From Methanobacteriota archaeon (GTDB lineage Archaea; Thermoplasmatota; Poseidoniia; Poseidoniales; Poseidoniaceae): a stretch of 64,000 nucleotides of DNA. Of the stretch, positions 53,292 through 61,742 are shown piece by piece. The DNA lies in NCBI GenBank assembly GCA_038104845.1, contig JAYOBJ010000006.1, positions 10,994-74,993 on the forward strand, given 5' to 3'. Below the pieces are notes generated by a model. The model was not told the DNA's origin. It ran no database searches and saw only the letters and a list, made by a program, of their open reading frames with translations. Numbering within the stretch: the first letter of the stretch is position 1; each line of letters begins with the position of its first letter. The position numbers and the translations under genes were made by a program.

Positions 53292-54706
53292 CCTTCGTTG
53301 GATGGCCCGCCCCAATCCACACCGTCGGCCAGCACCTCCACTGGGTCGTCGGCCCAATCCACGCTCACCGCAGTTGGGTCAGGTGGGCCCGTGCCTGCAT
53401 CCCCTGCAGCAACCTCGCTTTCGGGTGGTGCAACTGATGAAGCGTGCGTTCCTTCAGCAGGGACAGGGGTTGACTCCGAAACGGTTGACATGGGGGTTGC
53501 TGCTTCGACGGTGCGTTGGATGGTGACTTCCGCATCGTGTTGCCCAAGGGCACGGCGCAGGACGCTGCGCTGCATCCACAGCAGCGTGCACAGCACCACA
53601 GCATGACCCGCCATCATGACGGTCCGAACGTCATCCAGCACCCCTGTCAACATCGCGACGCTTCCAGCATAAGCGTACCCGAACGCCAACCCCATCGGCA
53701 GCGCGTTTCCATCGTGCACCAAGCCCAAGGTGGATTTCACGGACTTTGAGGTCAAGCCCCAGATGGCCATGATGACCGTGAACACCATCAACATCAATTC
53801 CTCCATCAGCAACAACACAGGAGGGGGGGCCATCACCGTGTGTCGCCAAACCGTGAGTGCATGCCAGATCACAAAGAACTGCGACATCAGCAGCCAAACA
53901 CCAGAAAACCGATGCAGTGAACGGTGGTTCGATGCCAACCGGCGTTCATCCCGCGTCAAGGCGAAGGACAACGCCATCAGGGCGGCGAACAACCCGAAGA
54001 ACGCTGCGTTGGATTGAATCACCGCAGCCAACCCAGCATCGCCTCCGGCCAAGAGGGTGAACAGACTGAGCAAGCCAAGGGCGATCCCGCCGAGCACAAG
54101 GACGTGGAGGACAACGTGCCCTGCGATGCCACCCGAACGTGGCATCGGTTCGGGGAGGCGTTTCGCTGCGACGGACGACACCCAGGAGGACAAGCTCCGA
54201 GCTTGGACGACCGACCACAGCACAAAAAGCCCGCTCAACAGCACAGGGAGGTTGGCCAGTTGGTCGCCCAGCGCACCGTTTTCGCCCAACAGCACGAACA
54301 GGGCCAGCGCCCACACCATCGCAAGCAGGAGCGGAAACAAGCAGATCTTGGTCCAATGCATGAGCCGTCTTGCAAAGCCGAGGGGCGTCGCTTGATCCAT
54401 TCCGCCCTCCTCCGGGGGATCCAACGCCATCCAGCGCCGGACAGTGTGCAGGGAGGACATCACACCCGCCGTGGCATACGCCAAGGCCATGCTGGTGAAC
54501 GCCATGGCCGACGCATCGGTGAAGCCTCCTTGGGTGGCGAGGAACAGCAGCGAACTTGCCAACACCAAGAGCAGCACATGGGGAAGCGTGCGTGGGTGGA
54601 GCAGCGTGCGAATCAAGGTCAACAACGATGAGTCTTGTTTGGCCATGGCCGCCAAAGGATCGCTGGTTTCAACGGTCGCCGTTGCTGGTGCATCGGGCAC
54701 ATACAA
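53288..54706 (-). CDS. Polytopic membrane protein (hypothetical)
   Basis: ~12 hydrophobic helices and a Pro/Ser/Ala-rich C-terminal tail. TTG start at 54706 (uncertain). Convergent 4-nt overlap with the FtsZ-like gene. Confidence 0.6.
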   Translation of the reverse strand: MYVPDAPATATVETSDPLAAMAKQDSSLLTLIRTLLHPRTLPHVLLLVLASSLLFLATQGGFTDASAMAFTSMALAYATAGVMSSLHTVRRWMALDPPEEGGMDQATPLGFARRLMHWTKICLFPLLLAMVWALALFVLLGENGALGDQLANLPVLLSGLFVLWSVVQARSLSSWVSSVAAKRLPEPMPRSGGIAGHVVLHVLVLGGIALGLLSLFTLLAGGDAGLAAVIQSNAAFFGLFAALMALSFALTRDERRLASNHRSLHRFSGVWLLMSQFFVIWHALTVWRHTVMAPPPVLLLMEELMLMVFTVIMAIWGLTSKSVKSTLGLVHDGNALPMGLAFGYAYAGSVAMLTGVLDDVRTVMMAGHAVVLCTLLWMQRSVLRRALGQHDAEVTIQRTVEAATPMSTVSESTPVPAEGTHASSVAPPESEVAAGDAGTGPPDPTAVSVDWADDPVEVLADGVDWGGPSNEG

Positions 54707-54780
54707 CCCTGGAAGACGGATGATTTGAGGTTACGCCATCCGAACTCAACGTTCATGACGGGTCACGCACACGAGGGATT

Positions 54781-55140
54781 GTGGGCCGGAAACTCACCAA
54801 GGCGCTGCGCGGCAAGCGTCGCTGGATTGGTGTGGCGTTTCGTCCTGGCATTGAGGAACGGTCGACTGCTGGACGCCTGCTTCGCCAACTTGATGAAGAC
54901 CTCAACACCCAACAGCCGCTTCGACTCATGGATTTCGTTGAGCCGGAGGCCCATGGCATCGATGACGAGCGATGGCTTGGCATCCTTTGCGTACGGCTGG
55001 AGGATGCAGCGGCGCTTCGTGAAGTCCTGAGCAACGACGATGCCCTCACCCGAAGAGGGTTGCAAAGTCTGACGACCAGTGGAAAGATCAGACTGGTGAG
55101 GGAACGGTTGTGCCTCCCCAAACCCAAGCGCAGACGCTGA
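54781..55140 (+). CDS. rnp2: RNase P protein component 2 (Pop5/Rpp14 family)
   Basis: LRGKRRWIGVAF... N-terminal pattern and ~120 aa length. GTG start. Confidence 0.65.
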   Translation: MGRKLTKALRGKRRWIGVAFRPGIEERSTAGRLLRQLDEDLNTQQPLRLMDFVEPEAHGIDDERWLGILCVRLEDAAALREVLSNDDALTRRGLQSLTTSGKIRLVRERLCLPKPKRRR

Positions 55141-55181
55141 ACACCCAAGATTGATGAGCAGGCCCATCAAGGACGGTCACC

Positions 55182-55715
55182 ATGGGCGGGGCTGGGACAG
55201 CACCAAAAATGAAGATGAGCGATGCACTCATCTTGGTGGGTGCGACGGTGTTGCTCGGCGCATTGTTCATGCATGCGTGGGTCAATCCGTTGGCTCTCAA
55301 CGGGGGGGACGATCCTTACGAGAAGCAGGTGAACCTCATGGCAGGGGACCGGTTGGTGATCGACATCACGGTGGCCGACGAAACCACCCTCCGAACGGTG
55401 GTTCGCGACGCCGACAACCGGGTGATGGATGCGTCCAATGTGGTGTTGGCAGCAGCTGGCACCGAGCGGTACACGTTTGAGGCGGACAACGGCGGTGCTT
55501 TTTTTGTGGAAATCGATACCAACGGCGTGGATGCCACCCTCGACTCGTTCTCCATTGAGCGCGGGTTCATGATCGACATGCTGCCGTTCCCCATTGGCAC
55601 GGTGGTGCTGCTCTACGGGCTTTACCTCAGGCAATCCACCGAGAACGACGACAACAACGACCCGCTAGCCGCCATGGACGCCATTCTGGAGCCCGGCCCA
55701 GACGACGGCGTCTGA
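55182..55715 (+). CDS. Membrane protein: N-TM, ~120-aa beta-rich outer domain, C-TM, acidic tail (hypothetical)
   Basis: ALILVGATVLLGALF and MLPFPIGTVVLLYGLYL helices. Confidence 0.5.
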   Translation: MGGAGTAPKMKMSDALILVGATVLLGALFMHAWVNPLALNGGDDPYEKQVNLMAGDRLVIDITVADETTLRTVVRDADNRVMDASNVVLAAAGTERYTFEADNGGAFFVEIDTNGVDATLDSFSIERGFMIDMLPFPIGTVVLLYGLYLRQSTENDDNNDPLAAMDAILEPGPDDGV

Positions 55716-57203
55716 ATCATTGATGCGAACAACCTCACCGTCGACCGACCCCAGGATGTCGCCCGAACTCAGCAGCCGAGGGTCCTCAACCGTTTGGCCC
55801 TCGAATTGAATGGGCCCCAATTCAACAAAACCATCCTGACATGAAGCAGCCAGGGTCGCAACATCTTCCACCCTCGGCCCTGCTCCGTGTGGAATTTGCT
55901 CGTGAAGGCTCGCCACGACCGCATGAACAGCGGACAACAGCAACGTGAGATCGGTGCTCACGCCCCCATCGACCACACCACCGAACGACGTGTTCTTTGG
56001 AGCCAGCGCATTGAGCCCAATGCCCACCACGAGACGGTGAAGCGGCCCACGGCTTCTCATTTCATACAAGATTCCACCGCATTTTCTGAACGCACCATCA
56101 CCGCAGTGAACGTAGAGGTCGTTGGGCCACTTGAGCACGAACATCCCTTTGTTGTGGTGCGACAGTCGATGCATGCACTCCACCAGTGCATGGCCCAAAC
56201 GAACTTGATCCAAAGGGCGGTGATGAACCGTTGAGCCAGCCTCCACGACCCACGATGCTTCGATGGCATCGGGTGACGACACCCATGGCCGTCCTTGACG
56301 GCCGTGACCCTCGCCTTGGCGATCCGCCGACAAACGATGGCCAACGGTGTCATCGGACACCAACAGGGACGCATTGGTGCTTTCGACCGTGGCAACGTGC
56401 GTCATGGGGGACCCTTCGTAAGGACGCCACAGAGCCAACACATCCAACACCTCTCCGTTATCAAACGTCTTCCGCACGACCGGTTGAGCGGCCAATCCCC
56501 AACCCCATGCTTGGGAACATGCACCGGGTTGCGCCCCCATGGAGGACACCACCAACAAGGCGACCCCCCCCTTGGCGAGCAAGGACGTGGTCGCCAACCT
56601 CTGTACAAAGTCGGCGTAGAGACCTAACGGCGACGTGTCCGTCAACGACGCTTCCTCAAAGGGACCGAGGTGTTGTTCGCCCATGTTGTCCGGCGGGGCG
56701 AGGTACGGCATGTTCCACACCACGAGATCGTACGATGCATCGCCGCCCCATTGTGCATCAACTCCGTCCGCAGCAGGACCTGGCCCCCCTTCATGAACGA
56801 TCAAACGATGCCCGTGGCGCTGGGCGTTGCCCCGAGCAGCTGCCACCGCCATGGGATTCACATCGCACCCAGTGACGCGCCAGCCTTTGCTGGCAGCGAA
56901 GATCGACAGCGCACCGCTGCCACACCCCACGTCCAGAACCGATGCGCCTCCCGGAAGGCTGCATCGGTGCATGGCGGCGGCCAAGGCATCGGTGTCCTCT
57001 CGAGGAGGGTACACCGTGAACGGTAAACTGAGTTGCAAGGATTGCCCCAGTGGGGTGTTCCACACCACTTCCGTTGCATCCGTCGCCGTCCGCAAGGCCT
57101 CCCTTTTGGCATCGTCGGCAAGAAACCACGGCCCTTCTGCCATGCACTGAGAGGCTCGGCGACCGTCAAAGAACGTAACCCGTGCAAGCGGTCCAATGTG
57201 CAT
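55665..57203 (-). CDS. Fusion of a HemK/PrmC-like class I SAM methyltransferase (NMPY motif) with biotin--protein ligase (BirA catalytic + C-terminal domains)
   Basis: VLDVGCGSGALSIFAA (motif I) and DLVVWNMPYL (NPPY-type motif IV). GEGHGRQGRPWVSSP (GRGRxGRxW biotin loop) and KWPNDLYV. Confidence 0.85.
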   Translation of the reverse strand: MHIGPLARVTFFDGRRASQCMAEGPWFLADDAKREALRTATDATEVVWNTPLGQSLQLSLPFTVYPPREDTDALAAAMHRCSLPGGASVLDVGCGSGALSIFAASKGWRVTGCDVNPMAVAAARGNAQRHGHRLIVHEGGPGPAADGVDAQWGGDASYDLVVWNMPYLAPPDNMGEQHLGPFEEASLTDTSPLGLYADFVQRLATTSLLAKGGVALLVVSSMGAQPGACSQAWGWGLAAQPVVRKTFDNGEVLDVLALWRPYEGSPMTHVATVESTNASLLVSDDTVGHRLSADRQGEGHGRQGRPWVSSPDAIEASWVVEAGSTVHHRPLDQVRLGHALVECMHRLSHHNKGMFVLKWPNDLYVHCGDGAFRKCGGILYEMRSRGPLHRLVVGIGLNALAPKNTSFGGVVDGGVSTDLTLLLSAVHAVVASLHEQIPHGAGPRVEDVATLAASCQDGFVELGPIQFEGQTVEDPRLLSSGDILGSVDGEVVRINDSDAVVWAGLQNGVHGG

Positions 57204-57290
57204 CTTGCCTCGTTAGCATAGGTTTTAGTAAACAAAGGCTGTTTTTGTCGATGAGGCAGAGGGAGGAGCGCATGCTGCCCCTCAGCAATC

Positions 57291-57300
57291 TATAAAAATA
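57291..57300 (+). promoter_or_regulatory. Candidate TATA box upstream of tRNA-Lys / rpoH operon
   Basis: TATAAAAATA in the AT-richest spot of the window, 38-47 nt upstream of the mature tRNA 5' end. Confidence 0.3.
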
Positions 57301-57337
57301 CCATGCAAGTCGGGCAACAAGCCCAAGTTGCTACATT

Positions 57338-57411
57338 GGGCCTGTAGCTCAGTCAGGTAGAGCGTCGGACTTTTAATCCGATGGTCGCGGGTTCGAACCC
57401 CGTCGGGCCCG
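57338..57411 (+). tRNA. tRNA-Lys (anticodon UUU)
   Basis: GGGCCTGTAGCTCAGTCAGGTAGAGCGTCGGACTTTTAATCCGATGGTCGCGGGTTCGAACCCCGTCGGGCCCG. All four stems pair. Anticodon loop CTTTTAA, T-loop TTCGAAC, no encoded CCA. Confidence 0.9.
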
Positions 57412-57460
57412 CCTGATTGTGCTGCAGGTCCGTGTGGGAGGGCCATCGCGGGGAAAAAAC

Positions 57461-58111
57461 ATGGTCGTAAAGAGTGCAACGAAAAAGCGATTGATGGAAT
57501 TGGGCGTTTCCGAGGAATACGCCCACAAATTGGCCACCGACCGCAACATGACGGACATCAAGAACATGTCCCATGACGACGTCGCCACCACCCTTGGCGT
57601 CTCCAAGGACGCCGAGGCCTTCACCCAAACCATGAACATCATCGCAGAACAAGGCTCTCGCCGACGTGCTGCCAAGAAAAGCACCAAGATCACCATTCGT
57701 GCCAAAGCCATCGATGACTTCGACCGCCCGGAGATCACCTCCCGGTTCAACGTGCTCAACCACGAACTCGTGCCCCACCAGGAACTGGTCGGACCGGCCA
57801 ACGTGTCCGAGGAAGAGCAACTTGCCATCGAGACCGCTGAACTGGCCCCCTGGCGCATGGTCCAACCCGACCCCGAAACCGGCGAACCTCGCCTCGCCAA
57901 GGAATTGCTTCCCAAGATCCTCATCACCGACCCTGCCGTGCAAGTGGTGAAAGAGGTGGCCGAAGCCGAGGACAACGCTCGCTTGGCTGCCGATCCGGAC
58001 CACCGCCCCTTGGCGGCCGGCTGGATTGCCGACCGGGTCCTGAAGGTCATCCGCCGATCCCCGTCGGCGGGCAAATCCGTGGCATACCGACTGATTGTCG
58101 AGGGGAACTGA
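57461..58111 (+). CDS. rpoH: RNA polymerase subunit Rpo5/RpoH with ~95-aa N-terminal extension and internal insertions
   Basis: C-terminal FNVLNHELVPHQELV...LPKILITDPAV...RVLKVIRRSPSAGKSVAYRLIV is the RpoH/Rpb5 C-domain. Sits directly upstream of rpoB. Confidence 0.8.
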   Translation: MVVKSATKKRLMELGVSEEYAHKLATDRNMTDIKNMSHDDVATTLGVSKDAEAFTQTMNIIAEQGSRRRAAKKSTKITIRAKAIDDFDRPEITSRFNVLNHELVPHQELVGPANVSEEEQLAIETAELAPWRMVQPDPETGEPRLAKELLPKILITDPAVQVVKEVAEAEDNARLAADPDHRPLAAGWIADRVLKVIRRSPSAGKSVAYRLIVEGN

Positions 58112-58124
58112 GGAGGAACACACC

Positions 58125-61100
58125 ATGCAAGAAATCATTCAAGCTTTTTTCAAAGAACGCAGCCTTGTGAACCACCAACTGGCCTCCTACAACGACTGTA
58201 TCCCCGCCTCAGAGACCTCGTTGTCCCGGATGGAGCGCATCATCCGCAACATCCGAGTTGGCACCGACGAGGATTTTGACGACGACGAAGGCGGCTACAT
58301 CAAGCTGGACGTTGCCGACCAAGACATCGTCATTCGCCTCAAGAACGTCCGCCTTGGCAAGCCCACGGTCAAGGAAGCCAACGGCGCTCTGAACGACTCC
58401 ACCCCGATGGAGTGCCGACTCCGCAAGTTGACCTACATGAGCCCCGTCTCCATCGACTTCACCATCCTGCGAAACGGCGTCCCTTCGCCCACGGAGGAAG
58501 GCGTCCAAGTGGGTTCCATGCCCATCATGGTCCGCTCGGAACGCTGCAACCTGCATCCCAAGCACATCGCTGGCGACCGCGTGCTGACCCCCGTGACCTC
58601 GGACGAGGATCGCTCGTCGTGGCACGAATTGCTTCGCAAGCGCGGTGAAGATCCGTTGGATCCCGGTGGCTACTTCATCATCAACGGCACCGAGCGTGTC
58701 CTCATTTCGATGGAAGACCTGGCACCCAACCGCGTGACCGTTGAAATCAACAAGCGCTACGCCAAGCAGACCGAAGTGGCAAAGATTTTCTCACAAAAAG
58801 ACGGCATGCGCAAGCCCTTGACCGTCGAGAAGCGCCGTGACGGTATGCTGATGGTGAAGATCAGCACGGCCGGAACGACTGCCATCCCTGTCGTCCTCCT
58901 CATGCGTGCCCTTGGCGTCGAGAACGACCAAAACATCTTCCAGGCCATCGCCGGCAACACTGACTCGTTCAAGTTCATCGTTGCCAACATCAACGAGGTC
59001 AACGACAACGAAGAGTACAAAGTGGTCACCACCGAAGAAAGCCACCAGTGGCTTGAGAAGAAATTCGCCGCCGGACAACAAAAGGAATACCGTGAAGCGC
59101 GTGTGAACCAACTCCTCGACCGCGAGCTGCTCCCTCACCTTGGCGACCAAGTCAGTGACCGCGAAAAGAAGGCCATCTACCTCGGCCGCATTGTTCGCCA
59201 GGTCCTTGAAATGGCCATCGAAGGCCGTGACCCCAACGACAAGGACCACTACGCCAACAAGCGCGTCCGCCTCGCAGGCGACCTCATCGAGGACCTGTTC
59301 CGTGTGTCCGCGGGTCAATTGGCTCGTGACCTCAAGTACCAACTTGAGCGCCACCACAACCGCAAGCGTGAACTCAAGATCACCTCCTGCCTTCGCCCCG
59401 ACGTGCTGACCTCCAAGATCATGCACGCCCTTGCCACCGGTAACTGGGTGGGCGGTCGATCCGGCGTCAGCCAACTGCTGGACCGCACGACCTACCTCGC
59501 AGCCCTTTCCCACATGCGCCGTGTCACCTCTCCGCTCGTGCGCAGCCAACCCCACTTCGAAGCCCGTGACCTTCACCCCACGCAATGGGGCCGGTTGTGC
59601 CCCAACGAAACCCCTGAAGGGCAGAACTGCGGTTTGGTGAAGAACGCCGCCCAGATGATCGACATCTCCGAGGACGTGAACGAAAAGGAAATCCACGAGC
59701 GCCTCGACGAGCTCGACGTCTACCAGCCCGACGATTGGACCGACGGCGACCGCATCCACGTCAACGGCGACATCTACGGCATTCACAAGAAGGGCACCCG
59801 CTTGGTGGACCACTTCAAATCGGCCCGCCGACGCGGAACCATCCCCTCGGAAGTGTCCATTCGCCACGACAAGGAAAACAAAGACATCTTCATCAACACC
59901 GACAAGGGACGAATCCTCCGCCCTGTGCTCATCCTGTACGACGGGGCACCGCGTCTGACCCAGGCTCACCTTGAGCGCTTGTCCAACGGCGAGATGGACT
60001 TCCGCTCCTTGGTGGTCGAGGGCATCGTCGAGTGGGTTGATGCAGAGGAAGAAGAAGACCTCTACATCGCACCTCGTCCCTTCGTCCTGCCGGAAACCGT
60101 CCCCGAAGGCGATTCCGGTGGTTTGGCCGGACGCGTGGTCAAGAACGAAGACGTCCAGTGGATGAACCTCGGTCAACACGGTGCCACCACGGCCCATCTG
60201 AAGGCCAACGTTCGGATGCCCAACGGCGAGTGGGCCACCACTGAATTCGAAGTGCCGCTCCTCTACACCCCGGAACACACGCACTGCGAAATCGACCCGC
60301 AACTCGTGTTGGGTGTGTGTGCATCGCTCATCCCCTACCCCGAGCACAACTCGACGCCCCGTGTTACGGGCGGTACGGCGATGGTCAAGCAATCGCTTGG
60401 CTTGCCAAGTGCCAACTACCGCATGCGCCCCGACACGCGAGCCCACATCTTGCACTACCCTCAACGTTCGATCACCAAGACCCGGGCCATGGCCACGACG
60501 AACTTCGATTCCCGCCCCGGCGGTCAGAACTTCGTCGTCGCCATCATGTCCTTGCACGGTTACAACATGCAAGACGCCGTCATCATGAACAAGGGGTCGG
60601 TGGACCGAGCTTTGGGTCGATCAACCTTCAACCGCACGTACAACGCTGAGCGCCGCCGTTTCCCTGGCGGCCAGGTCGAAGAGATCGAGAAGCCCGGCAC
60701 CTCCAAGCAGGAAGTCAAGGGCCTCAAGACGCCCGAATCGTACTTCCACTTGGAAGCCGACGGCTTGCCCATGCCCGAGTCCTACCTCGAAGGTGGCAAC
60801 GTGTTGGTCGGCAAGACCAGCCCGCCCCGCTTCCTTGAGGAATCCTCCGGCGGTGCCTTCTTGATGGCACAGGAGCGACGCGAATCCTCCATGCTCGTTC
60901 GCCACGGCGAAAAGGGCTGGGTGGACAACGTCTACGTGACCGAGTCCCTTGATTCCGGTCGCTTGGTTCGTGTGATGGTTCGCAGCCACAAGGTGCCGGA
61001 AGTTGGCGACAAGTTCGCGTCGCGCCACGGACAGAAGGGTGTCATCGGTCGACTCGTCGAACCCGAGGACATGCCGTTCACCCCCGACGGTGTCGTGCCC

Positions 61101-61742
61101 GACCTCATCATCAACCCTCACGCCATTCCATCCCGCATGACCGTGGCCCACGTCCTGGAAATGATCGGTGGGAAGGTCGGCTCCATGGAAGGTCGCCGCA
61201 TCGACGGTACCGCCTTCCGTGGAGAGAAGGAGTCCAGCCTGCGCGACGGTTTGGTGCGCAACGGCTTGGCCCACACCGGTCGTGAAATGATGATCAACGG
61301 TGAAACCGGCGAGTCCTACCCCGCTGAAATCTTCGTTGGTTGCATCTTCTACCAGCGACTGCACCACCTCGTCAGTTCGAAGATTCACGCCCGCTCTCGC
61401 GGACGTGTGCAAATCCTGACCCGCCAGCCCACCGAAGGTCGTGCCCGGCAAGGTGGTCTGCGGTTCGGTGAGATGGAGCGTGACTGTTTGATCGCCCACG
61501 GTGCCTCGATGGTCATCAAGGACCGTTTGCTCGATGAATCGGACGGTATTGACATGTACGTCTGCGCTCAGTCCGGCCACATCGCCTGGTTCGACCCCAA
61601 GCGAAACACCTACGTCAGCCCGATCCACGGCGACGGTGCTGAGGTGTACAAGGTGCAAACCTCCTACGCTTTCAAGCTGCTCTTGGACGAAATGAAGAGT
61701 TTAGGTGTGGCCATGCGTCTTGAACTGGAGGACCGAAAATGA
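58125..61742 (+). CDS. rpoB: DNA-directed RNA polymerase subunit B (Rpo2), unsplit
   Basis: AGGAGG 8 nt upstream of the ATG. Conserved Rpb2 blocks throughout (GDKFASRHGQKGV, MPFTPDGVVPDLIINPHAIPSRMT, C-terminal Zn region). Confidence 0.97.
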   Translation: MQEIIQAFFKERSLVNHQLASYNDCIPASETSLSRMERIIRNIRVGTDEDFDDDEGGYIKLDVADQDIVIRLKNVRLGKPTVKEANGALNDSTPMECRLRKLTYMSPVSIDFTILRNGVPSPTEEGVQVGSMPIMVRSERCNLHPKHIAGDRVLTPVTSDEDRSSWHELLRKRGEDPLDPGGYFIINGTERVLISMEDLAPNRVTVEINKRYAKQTEVAKIFSQKDGMRKPLTVEKRRDGMLMVKISTAGTTAIPVVLLMRALGVENDQNIFQAIAGNTDSFKFIVANINEVNDNEEYKVVTTEESHQWLEKKFAAGQQKEYREARVNQLLDRELLPHLGDQVSDREKKAIYLGRIVRQVLEMAIEGRDPNDKDHYANKRVRLAGDLIEDLFRVSAGQLARDLKYQLERHHNRKRELKITSCLRPDVLTSKIMHALATGNWVGGRSGVSQLLDRTTYLAALSHMRRVTSPLVRSQPHFEARDLHPTQWGRLCPNETPEGQNCGLVKNAAQMIDISEDVNEKEIHERLDELDVYQPDDWTDGDRIHVNGDIYGIHKKGTRLVDHFKSARRRGTIPSEVSIRHDKENKDIFINTDKGRILRPVLILYDGAPRLTQAHLERLSNGEMDFRSLVVEGIVEWVDAEEEEDLYIAPRPFVLPETVPEGDSGGLAGRVVKNEDVQWMNLGQHGATTAHLKANVRMPNGEWATTEFEVPLLYTPEHTHCEIDPQLVLGVCASLIPYPEHNSTPRVTGGTAMVKQSLGLPSANYRMRPDTRAHILHYPQRSITKTRAMATTNFDSRPGGQNFVVAIMSLHGYNMQDAVIMNKGSVDRALGRSTFNRTYNAERRRFPGGQVEEIEKPGTSKQEVKGLKTPESYFHLEADGLPMPESYLEGGNVLVGKTSPPRFLEESSGGAFLMAQERRESSMLVRHGEKGWVDNVYVTESLDSGRLVRVMVRSHKVPEVGDKFASRHGQKGVIGRLVEPEDMPFTPDGVVPDLIINPHAIPSRMTVAHVLEMIGGKVGSMEGRRIDGTAFRGEKESSLRDGLVRNGLAHTGREMMINGETGESYPAEIFVGCIFYQRLHHLVSSKIHARSRGRVQILTRQPTEGRARQGGLRFGEMERDCLIAHGASMVIKDRLLDESDGIDMYVCAQSGHIAWFDPKRNTYVSPIHGDGAEVYKVQTSYAFKLLLDEMKSLGVAMRLELEDRK

